DNA of 57,680 nucleotides, filler included, from Platydemus manokwari (taxonomy: Eukaryota), in assembly GCA_037951405.1 (NCBI GenBank). It is 5 parts of 5 records of this genome, joined end to end, with 100 filler letters (N's around TTAATTAATTAA, not from the genome) between each part and the next. Parts side by side here need not be neighbours in the genome. Positions count along the whole stretch, not along the records: positions 1 to 11,540 come from JBBMOY010611105.1; 4 more parts are not named here. One strand, 5' to 3'. Below, piece after piece: positions 1 to 11,640 of this stretch (its first letter is position 1; each line of letters starts with the position of its first letter). Both the position numbers and the translations under genes were made by a program. Below the pieces are notes generated by a model. The model did not search any database. It was not told the DNA's origin and worked only from the letters and a program-made list of their open reading frames with translations.

Positions 1-105
1 TTCAAATGGTCTTTACTTTGAAACTTAATTGTTTTCCATTTGTTGTAAAATTATGTTTAAATTTTTAATAAAAAATTCGGAAAGAACTTTTGGTTCACCC
101 TAATA
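1..105 (+). mobile_element. 3' end of a mariner-type DNA transposon (transposase tail plus right TIR)
   Basis: 2-28 reads S-N-G-L-Y-F-E-T-stop, resembling the mariner C-terminus (NGxYF[E/D]). The segment ends in ...GAAAGAACTTTTGGTTCACCCTAATA, whose reverse complement TATTAGGGTGAACC resembles a mariner TIR with TA. A near-identical copy lies at 33757-33832. Confidence 0.75.
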
Positions 106-119
106 ATATATGTTTTAAT

Positions 120-1343
120 AATATCACGCTGGTAGGTCAGCAAATCAACAGTGTTATATCTCTATTAAACAATTTCATAGTTCGCTGGTTAGGGTTAAAT
201 ATTTTGATTCGCAGGAGCATCAGTAACTGGTATGAAGGCCGAGTTACTGGAAATTGAGTTAGTTCAATAAAAGGTCTGTTTGACAGAGGAACTGATGCTG
301 CTCTGGCCTGAAATAATTGAATTATGAATGACTGCCCAAGTTGGCACAAACAATGATATCCAAGATTTACGCCTCAAGAATATTTTTCTGATGACTCGCA
401 ATGCACCTTTCTAACCGATCTTACGAGTTTGTAGTAATAATCAAGGAGTAGTTACCTCACTGGATGCAATAATATTTATTTAAGAAAATACAAAAACAAC
501 AATTGATATGAATAAATACAAAATAAATAAATCCAATTGCTAGTACCTTACCTAAGCATTAACCAGCAAATCCTTAAGACGGATGAAGCAAAGGTTAGTA
601 AATTTAGGAGATGTTAATTATCAACACAATAGGTTAAATTATTAATAAATTAACTAATGATTATGAATGGGAAAGAATATTTAACAAAAAATAAACGAAC
701 CCTTACTATTGTCCTAATTCGTGTTGCAAAACAGTATTGATGCTAATCCGCGCCTGCTCCTGCTTGAGAATGACGAAAATTAACTCCTTTGGCTTTTTTC
801 AGACAAAAAATTTTGGTGAAATGGCTTCGCTTCGATATTTACCAATGATTTAATTATCTGTGTAGAGATTTGTCGTGAATAGCTAAACGAGAAAGTTGAA
901 TTGACCACAAATGATTAATATTACTATAGATTGCACTGATGAGTTTCAGTTTGCTGTCCGTCTATCGATTTGTGTTAGTGGTGCTTGGCTGAATCTCATC
1001 ACAATATTTATTGGCTCTTACGTCCTTACGCCCACGTCTACGTGATTTGTCGACCTTATTATTCAGCTAATTATGATAATTATTTCATTGTTACCAGTAA
1101 TTAATAACCTTGTTATATATTTATTTATTTTATCTTATTTCTGATATTTGCAATTTTTTTAGGCTAATAATTAATAAACTTTTATATATTTTTTTATTTT
1201 AACCATGTGAATTTCTTTATGGTTGAAATTTACAATTCGTTAATTACCTCCTCTTACTTATTTATATATCTTTTATTGATTTATTTTTCTCTAAATTAAT
1301 AATTTTCCAGTGTCGATAACCACTTCCCACATTTACCTCCTTT
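120..1343 (-). mobile_element. Probable 3' LTR of a Gypsy-like element with its polypurine tract
   Basis: On the minus strand AAAGGAGGTAAA (1343-1332) is followed directly by TGTGGGAAG (from 1331). An AT-rich U3-like tract and a hairpin-rich non-coding region follow. The far boundary is approximate. Confidence 0.5.
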
Positions 1344-1429
1344 ATTCTGCTTTTTATACAAACAGATTCCAAAATTAAAATATAATCAAACACGATAATT
1401 TTACAGATTATTGATTATATTAAAGTTAC

Positions 1430-2580
1430 ATTAAAAGGTACATCACAACATCTACACAAAATCATAATTATTGTCAAAATGGCCATACATGATAGGCACA
1501 ATATCACAAAGGACACAATATCATTGTTATACTGTTATTTGTGGAGACGATCACCAGGGATTTGCTGTTTCATGTTGAGGATTGATGAATTGATCGATGT
1601 TGTTGTTATTCCTTGCTCAGGTTCTTTGCTCGAATATCCAGAATCAAGATGTTGTTTATCTTATTGGGTTGGTGTTTGTTTTTTGTAAATAACTAGGTGT
1701 TTGCTGACTATGTACTCGTGGCTTTGTCATGGTAAATAACTATATGTTGGTAATTGTAGTGTATTTTGTAGTGGCTGGTACCATCAGCATCTCTGTAATG
1801 AACTATTTTGAGGTAAAATATTTGCTCAACAACTTCACAGTTTGTATGTTTTATTGATTATCCACGTAAAACATTTTACGGATTCCTTGTAGTTTTAATA
1901 TTAATTAATTTCATAATGTTGACCTTTATCTATTACTTTCAACTTGAAAAAAAAAATAAAAATTATAATCAAACAAACAATAGAAGCATATTATGTTTTC
2001 AGAAAAAACATTTTATTTTATTCATTTTGGTTGATGAGTAGGAAGTTCTAATATAGTTTAATGACTAAAACTAAATGTTAATGATTATCGCCGTAACGAG
2101 AATGTCAATTATTTTTGGTAATTGACGCAAGCTTATATTTTTTATGAGCGCTAATGAACCAATACAAAATATAGTACCAAAATTTATTTTCAATGCAAAT
2201 AAATGGTCAGATCAATTAATTACCAATTGTGGATAGAATGCTTGAGGAAATATCAATTTGACAATCAATAATGTGTTGTTCAGAAAAATTGAAGGTTACA
2301 AAACTGTATCATATTTCGATTGATCTTTAATTTCTCTAGTTTCCGTTGAACTTGTTGGTTTTTGTAAACGCGGGATTTGTCAAATTCCTATATGTGTGTT
2401 ACTGCATGGTAATATCTCTTTTTCAAGTTATCATTATCCGTCTAAATTTGCCGTGACTAGTTGATTGCTATTCCTGTATGATTGTGTAGAAATGCAAATG
2501 ATTAAAGTGCTAAAACAAGGGTTTCAAAGTACAAAACGGTTTTTGTTTTGCAAGATTTCGACTCGACTCAACACAACTAT
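1430..2580 (-). pseudogene. Decayed membrane-protein (env-like or accessory) ORF upstream of the PPT/LTR
   Basis: Broken frames give LSRVEILQNK..NPCFSTLIICISTQSY.., then a Thr-rich stretch and a C-terminal hydrophobic helix IVSFVILCLSCMAILTIIMIFV. Homologous pieces occur at 2630-2830, 12380-12770 and 40600-40900. Confidence 0.4.
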
Positions 2581-2629
2581 ACTAATCAGTACATGTATTA
2601 ACAATTTCAAAATTAATTAAAAATATGCC

Positions 2630-2830
2630 ACAAATCAAATACAAAAATGTATTGAGATTGACCAATTTCACACATGCAAAATTTTAAAAACCCAATAAGA
2701 ACATCGAAAAGCAAAGATCGAATCAGAATGTGATATAGCATGACATAAAAAATTACACACAGATTTCGAATATAAATATCTATTTAAAGATGGCCAACTG
2801 CTAGTTGGAAGCCAAGTTTTGTTAATACTT
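2630..2830 (+). pseudogene. Inverted fragment of the same Cys-containing ORF family
   Basis: Nucleotide similarity to the reverse complement of 12380-12560 (GAGATTGACCAAT..CCCAATAAGAACAT..AAGATGG.CAACTGC..AAGCCAAGTTT). Confidence 0.5.
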
Positions 2831-3459
2831 TGTAAAGTAAGTCAGATGTAATTACTTGTAAGTCGTACTGATAAGTACGCGATTGTAATACAGTTCTAGC
2901 CTTCTATTTTTGGATTCAGAGATTAGTTAATTGTCAAGGAGGATCCAACAATATAATAACCATAAAAATAATTGGATAAAAATAGCATTAATAAATTCTT
3001 ATTATAGAATAAAAATAAAAACAAAGAAAACAATTGATCAGTAAATAGATCAAAAGAATCGAAACGAAACTAAAATTGCCTTTTATCAAATCCAAATAAT
3101 GGTAGAAGTTTAAGAACCTCAATTGTTTCCGATAAATTCGTCAACTACTAAGGCTTGTGGATCATAATCAGACAAACTATTCTTATCATATATCCGATAA
3201 ATCATCATCTTACAAAACTCATCTTGATAAAGGAATCATTGTTAGCCCGAAACAATCGTTTATTATAAAATCCCCGTTAACTAAACATTGTATTTGACTT
3301 ACAAGCGTTTAATCTGAAGATTTATTAAAAATAATTCATTGATTCAAAACCCCACATTTTTTAAATATGTTTTCTTGTTTTATTTTGGTTCGTAAAGAGT
3401 TTCGGTAACAAATATTGAGGAAATAAAATTAAGATTTATTATTCATAAGAATAGCAGAT

Positions 3460-3900
3460 GGCAGAAGTCTTCAAGTCACCTTTTAAATTGAATTCCTAAA
3501 ATTGTTGTTTCTGAGATTCTGATTCGATATTTCTTCATTTGAAGTCTTCTCGTTCGGTTTTACAACATTGCCAAATAGCTCTGTTATACACTTGTTGTAT
3601 GTTGCGTTCTGTTTTTTCTTAACAGTTGAGCATGCGATGATTGCGGTCTCTGCCTTATATAGGCCACTGCGAGTCATTCGCAGATATTCTCTACTGATAT
3701 TTAATTTCCATTGTATATATGTTATACTGGAATTTATTGTGGCAGTGAGAAACTCTTTGAAATTAGTTCTACCATGTCAGAGAGAAATTCTCTGAGAATA
3801 AATGCATGAGGATTATTTTATTCGGCACGATTATTTTTTAGAATTTATTAAGCGCGATAACTATTTGTTTATAATTAATGACGGGTTTTTATTTATTATA
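3460..3900 (-). mobile_element. LTR promoter (U3/R) fragment, same family as the LTR at 49159
   Basis: The reverse complement shares AAAACCCGTC, AGAGAATTTCTCTC, AATATCTGCGA.TGA.TC and GCCTATATAAGGCAG (TATA box at ~3655-3661) with 49390-49675. Confidence 0.7.
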
Positions 3901-4039
3901 AAAGTTATTATTTAGATTTAATTTGTATTGTATTTTATTTCAGTTGATAATAAAACTCTGAATTTCTCATGAAATATTCAATACTACTTTTGATGAATAG
4001 ATATTTTTATACATACAATAAATATTGTACATTGACACA

Positions 4040-4205
4040 TATAGGGTTTTTTAAGTTTTAAAATAAATTTTGCACAATTTAAGATAATTATTTACATGAA
4101 TAAGAGAAATATTATTTGAAAATATTATTTAAACAATTCTCTTATTCATGTAAATAATTATCTTAAATTGTGCAAAATTTATTTTAAAACTCAAAAAACC
4201 CTATA
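4040..4205. mobile_element. Palindromic MITE/foldback element
   Basis: 69-bp inverted arms (4040-4108 and 4137-4205) with one mismatch and a 28-nt spacer. The ends TATA-GGG...CCC-TATA are consistent with a TA target duplication. Confidence 0.8.
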
Positions 4206-4601
4206 AATGTAGGTTTGTTATCATTGTCCTAAAATGGGTTCGGATTTACCAGCTTTGTCATAAATATTAACGAATTACAAATTAATTGATTTTGAACCAA
4301 ATTCTTTATATTTGTTGAATCTTTTTAATTTCGAATTCTAAGATAGAACCAATTTTCATTAAAAATTCATGAATTTTTAAATATAAAAAATAGAAATTTT
4401 ATGGTTTAGTTAAATTAATTATTGTTTAATAAAGAAATATATTGAAATATTTATGTAAAAATAATATTTCCATGTTTCCTTGATTATGAAATTTAATTAA
4501 CGTATATAGATTTATAAATAGCTTTAATTTGTTTATATATATCAAATATAATACTTTTTTATAAATTTTCAAAAATCTTGTTAATTTCTCTTGAATAAAC
4601 A

Positions 4602-5834
4602 ATGACTAGTAGCAAAACTTCTAATAACTACAACAGACAAAATTGGGAGCAATCAGTAAGTTTAGATATTAGTAATTAATTTATTATTTGGAATAACTAG
4701 GATTTCCCAATTGTATGTGAAACATGTTTAGGTGATAATTCTTTTCTTCGAATGACGAAGGAACCTTATGGGAAAGAATGTAAAATTTGTCAAAGACCTT
4801 TTACAATATTTCGTTGGCAACCTGGTTGTAAAGCAAGATTTAAAAAAACGGAGGTTTGTCAAGTTTGTGCGAAAACTAAAAATGTCTGTCAAACGTGTAT
4901 TTTGGACTTAGAATATGGACTTCCTGTACAGGTTAGAGACAATGCTCTGAAAATAAATCAGAATCTACCTCGAGGTAGTGTAAACCGTGAATATAATCAA
5001 CAGCAACTGGAGCAAGTGATGTCAACTAGTAGAGATGTAACAGCTCCCTATGGGGGTTTAGATGTCACTGGTAAAATAAGAAACAACGATATGTTATTGA
5101 AATTAGCAAGAACTGAGCCGTATTATCGACGTAATCGACCACATATATGTTCATTTTATGTAAAAGGTGAATGTAAAAGAGGAGAAGAATGTCCATTTAG
5201 ACACGAAAAGCCAACCGATCCTGATGATCCTTTATCGAATCAAAATATTAAAGATCGATTTTATGGATTGTCAGATCCAGTTGCACATAAGTTGCTGGAT
5301 AAATATAAGAGTATGCCTCAATTAAGTCCACCAGAAGATAAATCAATAACAACTCTTTATATTGGGGGTGTTCCTGAATCAATCGGAGAAAAAGAATTGA
5401 AAGATCGCTTTTACCAATATGGTGAACTTCGATCAGTGACAGTTTATCAGCGTCAGCGTTGTGCATTTGTCCAATTTGCAACTCGTGATGCTGCTGAAAG
5501 AGCTGCTGAAAAGAGCTACGATAAATTGATTATGGCTGGACAAAGACTGACTGTAAATTGGGGTAAAGCTCAACTTCAGAGCGAAATCGAGCATAATAAA
5601 CAAAATAATAAAGCCCTTCCAAGTGTACCGGGCTTACCGCCAGTTGTCATGACTTTCCCACCACCGCCTATTGCTTATAATTGGCCATTGATACCTGCAC
5701 ATTTCAATGCAATTAATTCAGCTGCTGTGATTCCCCCACCTCCCCCGCCACCAATGGTAAGTAGTAGCAATGATTCACGTCTGGGAGTGCACTATCCAAG
5801 CCAAGATCCCAACAGATTTGGTGCTGCTAAATGA
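4602..5834 (+). CDS. RBM22: Pre-mRNA splicing factor RBM22 (Cwc2/Slt11-like), 2 exons: 4602-4655 and 4701-5834, 395 aa
   Basis: Exon 1 [18 protein letters not shown] joins through a 45-nt GTAAGT..TAG intron to [21 protein letters not shown]. The protein has the N-terminal Cys-rich STL11-type region, a CCCH finger ([19 protein letters not shown]), an RRM (TLYIGG..CAFVQF) and a Pro-rich tail ending HYPSQDP. Confidence 0.97.
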
Positions 5835-6899
5835 GAAACTATGTAAATAAATAATTTTCAAATATCTTTATTATCTCCTAATTGATTAAATTAGGCCATA
5901 TTTTCAATAAATTGGATGTCTTTATTCAGGGTGGGGTTATAAATTTCACATCACAATTATTCTACTATTATTTATCATGCTTGATCCTTTCCTGATATAA
6001 CCACACAAATTGGGTCATTGTTGCCTCGAAGGACTTGTTTTTAGTATATTTGTTTGATTTAATTAGTGTTCTTATTTTTTACTAATTTTTTTATTTTAAC
6101 AATTTAAGAAATTTTGATTTTGGTCATAAAAACTTAGCTTGAAATCGAATAAGATTTGTATATTTGTTATAAATTGATGTTTAAATATTAAAATAGAAAA
6201 ACACTACATGATTAATTTATAAACTGAATTAAGTTAGACTTTCAATAATTTTACCTGAACTTTGTTTAAAACTGAATAACTGTGTAATCTGATTCGATGT
6301 AAGTCGAATATTTCCATTTTATTATGTTTGGCGATTTGCCTAGTAATACGAATAAAAATATTGCTCTTTACTGTGTAAACTTTCCGAAAAATATGTTATT
6401 TACATTGCATTGAAAACTACAGATTTGAGTTATCAAAATAATTGCTATGTGATTTAGTAGTTCGAATTAATATGTCACGAGTATGCATTATAAAAAGTCG
6501 CCTAAACAGGGATCTTCTTAACGTGTTGGAGGAATTCCTCATGGCGGCTTAATGAAAATTTAATACTGGCTTTTATTGGAGGTTACCTGTTTGGACTGGA
6601 AATCTTTTTATTTGACGAGAATACTGTACTGGTGCGGTCTAAGTGAAAGTGTAGGAAAGTAAATGTAAACAAATGTTAGAGCTCGGGCCAGTTCAATAAT
6701 ACTCTCAAAAACAAAATTTACAAAGCCAGTATATTTCAAATATATTTATGTTACAAATCCAGTCTTTGAAATGCAACTCCAGTGAACTTCAAATCTATTT
6801 TCATTTTTCAACTTCAAAACATTGATATAATAATTAAAATAATAAGAGATAAAGTGCTGAGAAAGTTTATTAATCCAGTTAAATATCTACAATAAAATG

Positions 6900-7140
6900 C
6901 AAAAAATATGATCAATAAACATGGTTAATTACCATAAAATGAGATATCAAGCAAGGATTGCCCACGCCGCCAACGCAACAAAATTAACATAAATAGTGGC
7001 AGGATTAACCATCGAACCACATACAACTTCACACTTGCAATATATTAGCACAAATTAGTACAAAAAGAAACACTGCAATACACAATCGAAAGGCTATCAT
7101 CAAGAATGTTGGCGACATAAATTATCAGTACATGCATTCA
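6900..7140 (+). pseudogene. Possible decayed gag fragment with a zinc-knuckle remnant
   Basis: KKKHCNTQSKGYHQECWRHK resembles a degenerate gag knuckle; the surrounding frames are broken. Confidence 0.3.
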
Positions 7141-10021
7141 TCAATTAATTCATCAATGTGAACGTCAACCGCGGATCTTTTGGTAACAGTTACAAAGCAG
7201 ATTTTTGAGTAATTAGAAATTTCGTGGAAAATTAACTTTTCGGATAGAAGTGAAATTAGTTATCCTTTTGCATTTAGTAATTATAATTTAATCTCTGATA
7301 CGTCATTAAAGTAAATGAAATTTAATTATTAAAATGATAATAATTTAAAAGATTTTTACAATGACATTTTGAATTCATGCCACATATCTTCTTCGTCAGC
7401 TTCGGACATTCGGTAACCCACTTATCTGATGCATCTTTTTTTATCTTCATTTTTCATTTTAATTGTATTTTAGGTTATTCTTCTTGATATAATAATCATA
7501 AACAGTTTTATATCAATTGTTAGTTGTGATTTAGAACAATATTAAATTGAATTATTTATTAGTTAAATTATTTTAATCAAAATTTACCTTTGTTGCATTT
7601 AGTCTAATTGCACTCAGTGCTCTACTATTAAATTTAAAACCAAAGTATAGATAACAATTCGCCGATAGTATTACCGAAACCGCTGGAAACCATAAATAAA
7701 ACCAGTACAATATTTAATGTAACTGTAGGGTGTTATCTGAATTTTCATATAAATTTTGGTTATATATTACTTGATATCATGAGTTCTTGATTACGGATGC
7801 TAGCGTAATGAACCTAGTTATTATTTTATTCTTAACCCCGCATAAATGAACTATATGCTGACAATAAGTGCGGAAACAGTGATGTAACTGTTACTAATCC
7901 AATTTTTAGTAAACCTGCTGGCACTGCTGGCAATGAACTAATGATTAATGATATTTTTATCAAATTATGATTAATGACCAACATTGCTTACTGCTACAAA
8001 TGTTAATACCGATACATATTAACACCAAATAAAATGATAAAACTACAATTGAATTTAATGTTACTAGACGACAATTATAAGGCCGACATACAATTCCTAG
8101 CTAAAGTTTATTGTAAATAAGCTCCACTCTGTTGAAGCAAAACCTTTACTTTTAAGATAGTGAGACAATGCTCGATAAGTATTATAAATGTCTTGTAATA
8201 CTAATACTATTTTACGTGAATATGCTCTACTGTTGATCTTCTAGTTGAATACTGGGCATATACAGATTCCCAATCGCCGACAAGAAATGGTTTTCCATCT
8301 GCTGGAAAGTAATCATCGTAGTATTGTATTATATTGTTATGGTTTTGTTACTTACCTAACAAAAGGCTTCAATAGCAAGTATTGAAGACTATACTATCGA
8401 AAAAAATCATCTAAATGATTTTTCTCAAATTTATAACTCACATTAAATGCAACTAAGACTGAATATGTTATTATTCGTTTTTCTCCAAATAGAATTAGAT
8501 TATTAAAACTGTTTATGGTGTAGCTTTATACTTGTACTCTACAATGTTTATATAAAAATTATAAATAAATTATTGGTTAAAAACTTTTATTTTTAGAAAT
8601 TGAAAAATAAACAAACAGTAAAACTAAGTAAAATTATTAATAGAATTCAATACCAGATGAGTCACGAAAGTGATTTATCGGTAGCCCAAGAGGATGGATA
8701 AGAAAATAATATTTGTTAATTAAATATGATGGAAATATTAATATTAAAATTATTGACATGGAAAACTGGTTGGGTACATGACACGTGAAATAATTACTAT
8801 TTTCGCTTTAGTTCACGAATAAAGATCCTCAAATCCTGAAGAACTTGATTAACACTAAATCAGCAAAAAGATGTATTTCTTAGCTACAACTGGCTCTGGT
8901 TCACTCGATAATTGAAAAGATAACGATACTGATTCACAATACTATTCTGTTGGGGAAATGAAAAATTCAGCCGAAACACAATAACAATTCTTGACAATTG
9001 ACAGTCATGCCTGATGGTATTTGTTTTTAGTGTAACAATTTTGTGTATAAAAGTATTAATTTTTATCTATGCGTTTTTTTGTAACAATGTAGTTACTATT
9101 TTTAGAGCTTGATCATTCAAGCGTTGTTAAATGTAACAAATTTTTGAAAAGCTTGATTAATCAAGCAGTGTATTTTATTTTATTATATTTTATTTTATTT
9201 GTCGAATCAAGCTTCTGACTGAATTTCAATTAAAATAATGATAATAATAATTATGATAATGATAATAATTGTTGTTAATAGATAATTACGGTTAATGGAT
9301 ATTTCTTTTTACACCTTTTAAGACTAAGAATAAAAATAATATTGAATTATTTATATTCCATCAATATATTATCGCAAGCAAATTTTATTTTGAACAAATT
9401 ATGGGGAAATCCTTAGGGAATTAATTTATCTGTATCAATTTTCGCCAATAATCCGTGACGATTAAATTCGTCTCCCGATTCGTATAAATAGGGGGAAAAA
9501 CGTCACAATCTTCGCCCGTTTTATTCTGAAACCACTAGCTCGTAGTGTGTTACAACCAAATCGTGTGAAGTCGTATTTTTATTCAAGCCATTCTGCTCGT
9601 TGTCGGATCCTGATCTATATTTGCGCCAATAAGAATCATACAAGCCTTTAGTTCAAGTATATGCCCTACGATACGTGAGTTAGATTAATTCTATAAACAA
9701 CTAATCGGTAGTATAGTAGTCGTGTATATTGTCCTATTGTAGAGTTTTATCTCAAACGTCTTGAAAGATGGTTTTGCTGCAAGAGTGTGCAGTCTATTAA
9801 CCGTAAATCTTCCCCAGAAGCTTGATAAGGTTGTTCGTTGTTTTGTATTGAAATTGTATTTAACCATATTAGTTTTGTAGTAATTTATATAATTGTTACG
9901 TAATATTCGTGTTAATAAACTTTTATAAAACACTAGTTTGTTATTAAATTTATAGTTATTGTTTAATTGAGACTGATAGAATAGTTGTTAACATAGGTAT
10001 AGAGATAGTTTTATTAATAAT

Positions 10022-10155
10022 TGATCATTGTTGCCGTTTGGTATTATCTTCATATAGTATTGAACGCGAGGCGAAAATAATTATAAATAGGTTCAATAGT
10101 TCGTACCTAGGGCTTGATCAGAACCACGAGAGACTGATTAAGACAACAGTGATCA
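10022..10155 (+). ncRNA. Structured cis-RNA element, copy 1
   Basis: Outer helix 10022-10033/10144-10155, hairpin CTTGATCAG/CTGATTAAG and AGG/CCT pairing, all covarying with copies 2 and 3. Confidence 0.6.
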
Positions 10156-10217
10156 TCAACAATAATAGTAAATAAGAGACTGATAAGATTAAGATTGGTA
10201 AGAAGAATAATATTTTT

Positions 10218-10350
10218 GGATCATTGTTGCCAATCATATTATCTTTATATAGAATTGATTTCGAGGTGAATAAGATAGCAATAAGGTTTTATAGATTGTA
10301 CCTTGGGCTTGATTAGGACTGATAGAGACTGATCAAAACAACGGTGATCC
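10218..10350 (+). ncRNA. Structured cis-RNA element, copy 2 (tandem with copy 1)
   Basis: Outer helix 10218-10229/10339-10350 with two G-U pairs; TTGATTAG/CTGATCAA hairpin; AGGTG/TACCT pairing. Confidence 0.6.
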
Positions 10351-10564
10351 ACAATAGTTGATAACATTTTTGAGACTGATTAAAACAAAATAAATTAATA
10401 AAGCCCAAAACACATCAGTTTTATTGTTCGCTGTTTTCTTCATTTTTCTTAAATAAATTTTTATAACCGACCATCGCATTCTTAATAATTACAACTTCAA
10501 TGATTATTGATTTATTAACTATTAATATATTATTTTGTACGTATAGTGTAAACCAGTTGTTACA

Positions 10565-10720
10565 ACGGGACCATTAATTCCTCATTGTAACAATCAATCT
10601 AATTTCAATATGATTTCCAATAGCTTCGTCTTCATACGAGATATCGAAGTCCTCATACCACCAGCACCACAGTAAAATAACAAAAACCATCCATAACAAT
10701 ATGAAAATCTGCTATTCATA
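10565..10720 (-). pseudogene. Weak BIR-like zinc-finger relic, antisense to the adjacent LTR promoter
   Basis: Across frameshifts it reads MNSRFSYCYGWFLLFYCGAGG / YEDFDISYEDEAIGNHIEI / DCY, loosely matching the BIR pattern GF...CxxC...H...C. Confidence 0.3.
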
Positions 10721-11540
10721 ACAATAAATATAAAAAATACAAATCAAATATTGCATACTCGTCAAAATACTCATAAATATTTCTGTTCTGCTTTTTTCGT
10801 TTCTTCTTGCAATGTATTTTCTAATTTTATATTTTTATTTTTAAATTTTATTCTTTTAATTTCTTCTTTTAACACTTAAAATTTCCCTTAAAAATTTCTC
10901 TTTATTTTTTTGCTTTTTACTACTTAATTTAGTATGGCGCTTTCTCCGGAAACGTATATGATCGCGAATAATAATCAATTTCAATTTTAAACGAATTTTT
11001 CTTAAGTTTCCCTTTCCTTCACTCAGAAATGGAAGTTTTTAAATCCATTTATTTATTAAAACCATGCAAATCTATATGCCCAGCACTCATTAGTAGCTTC
11101 TTCAGTTTTTGATTCATACATTTTAGAGTTAGACTCTTTTATCAGTTTTAATTCCTCGCTGATTTGTTGGGTTCCTAAATCTGTTTTAGATTATCTTGCT
11201 TGATTTACTGTAGTTGCAATATCTCGAGCAATTACTGGTGGTCCACCTTAATCTGCTATTATTGCTGATAATGGTGAAAGAAAAACTCCCTCAGATTTTA
11301 TAATTTTCTAATTTTGTTTACTTTCAATTATTTAGTTTAAATCATTAACATTTTTTAAATAAATATATTTTATATACAATCATTATATTCAAATGACTTT
11401 GGTTTAACATGTTTAAAATTTTTCTGTAAATTGTTTTCTACCACCTTTTTATTAATTAATTTTTATTTTTATTTTATTTTATTTGATTTTTATAATTCAA
11501 TTTAATATATATATTTATTTAAATAATTGGAGTTAAATAT

Positions 11541-11640
11541 NNNNNNNNNNNNNNNNNNNNNNNNNNNNNNNNNNNNNNNNNNNNTTAATTAATTAANNNN
11601 NNNNNNNNNNNNNNNNNNNNNNNNNNNNNNNNNNNNNNNN
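11541..11640. other. Assembly linker or gap
   Basis: 44 N + TTAATTAATTAA (stops in all six frames) + 44 N. Confidence 0.98.

Larger units (their letters stand above)
9400..10390 (+). mobile_element. LTR-like promoter/leader region
   Basis: TATA box TATAAATAGGGGG at ~9483. It shares CCTATT.TAGAGTTTT.. (9733) and the downstream structured motif with the LTR at 49159-50400. Boundaries are approximate. Confidence 0.6.

Noticed and set aside
930-1002. CTGATGAG hammerhead-like start
   Set aside because: There is no GAAA after stem II; it simply pairs with CTCATCA as an LTR hairpin.
5248-5481. 77-aa antisense ORF within RBM22
   Set aside because: It is a shadow frame of the real gene and has no motifs.
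8651-8683. Minimal hammerhead (CAGATGAGTCACGAAA)
   Set aside because: The core reads CAGA instead of CUGA, and the segment folds better as one continuous hairpin.
9970-10380. CRISPR-like array or hammerhead ribozymes (repeated CTGA motifs)
   Set aside because: The repeats are only 9 nt, the intervening sequences are homologous rather than unique spacers, and there are no cas genes. The hammerhead core CUGAnGA..GAAA..UH is absent (CTGATTA, CTGATCA, CTGATAA).
11585-11596. TTAATTAATTAA palindrome recurring every ~11 kb
   Set aside because: It is always embedded in 44 N on each side, so it is an artificial six-frame stop linker.
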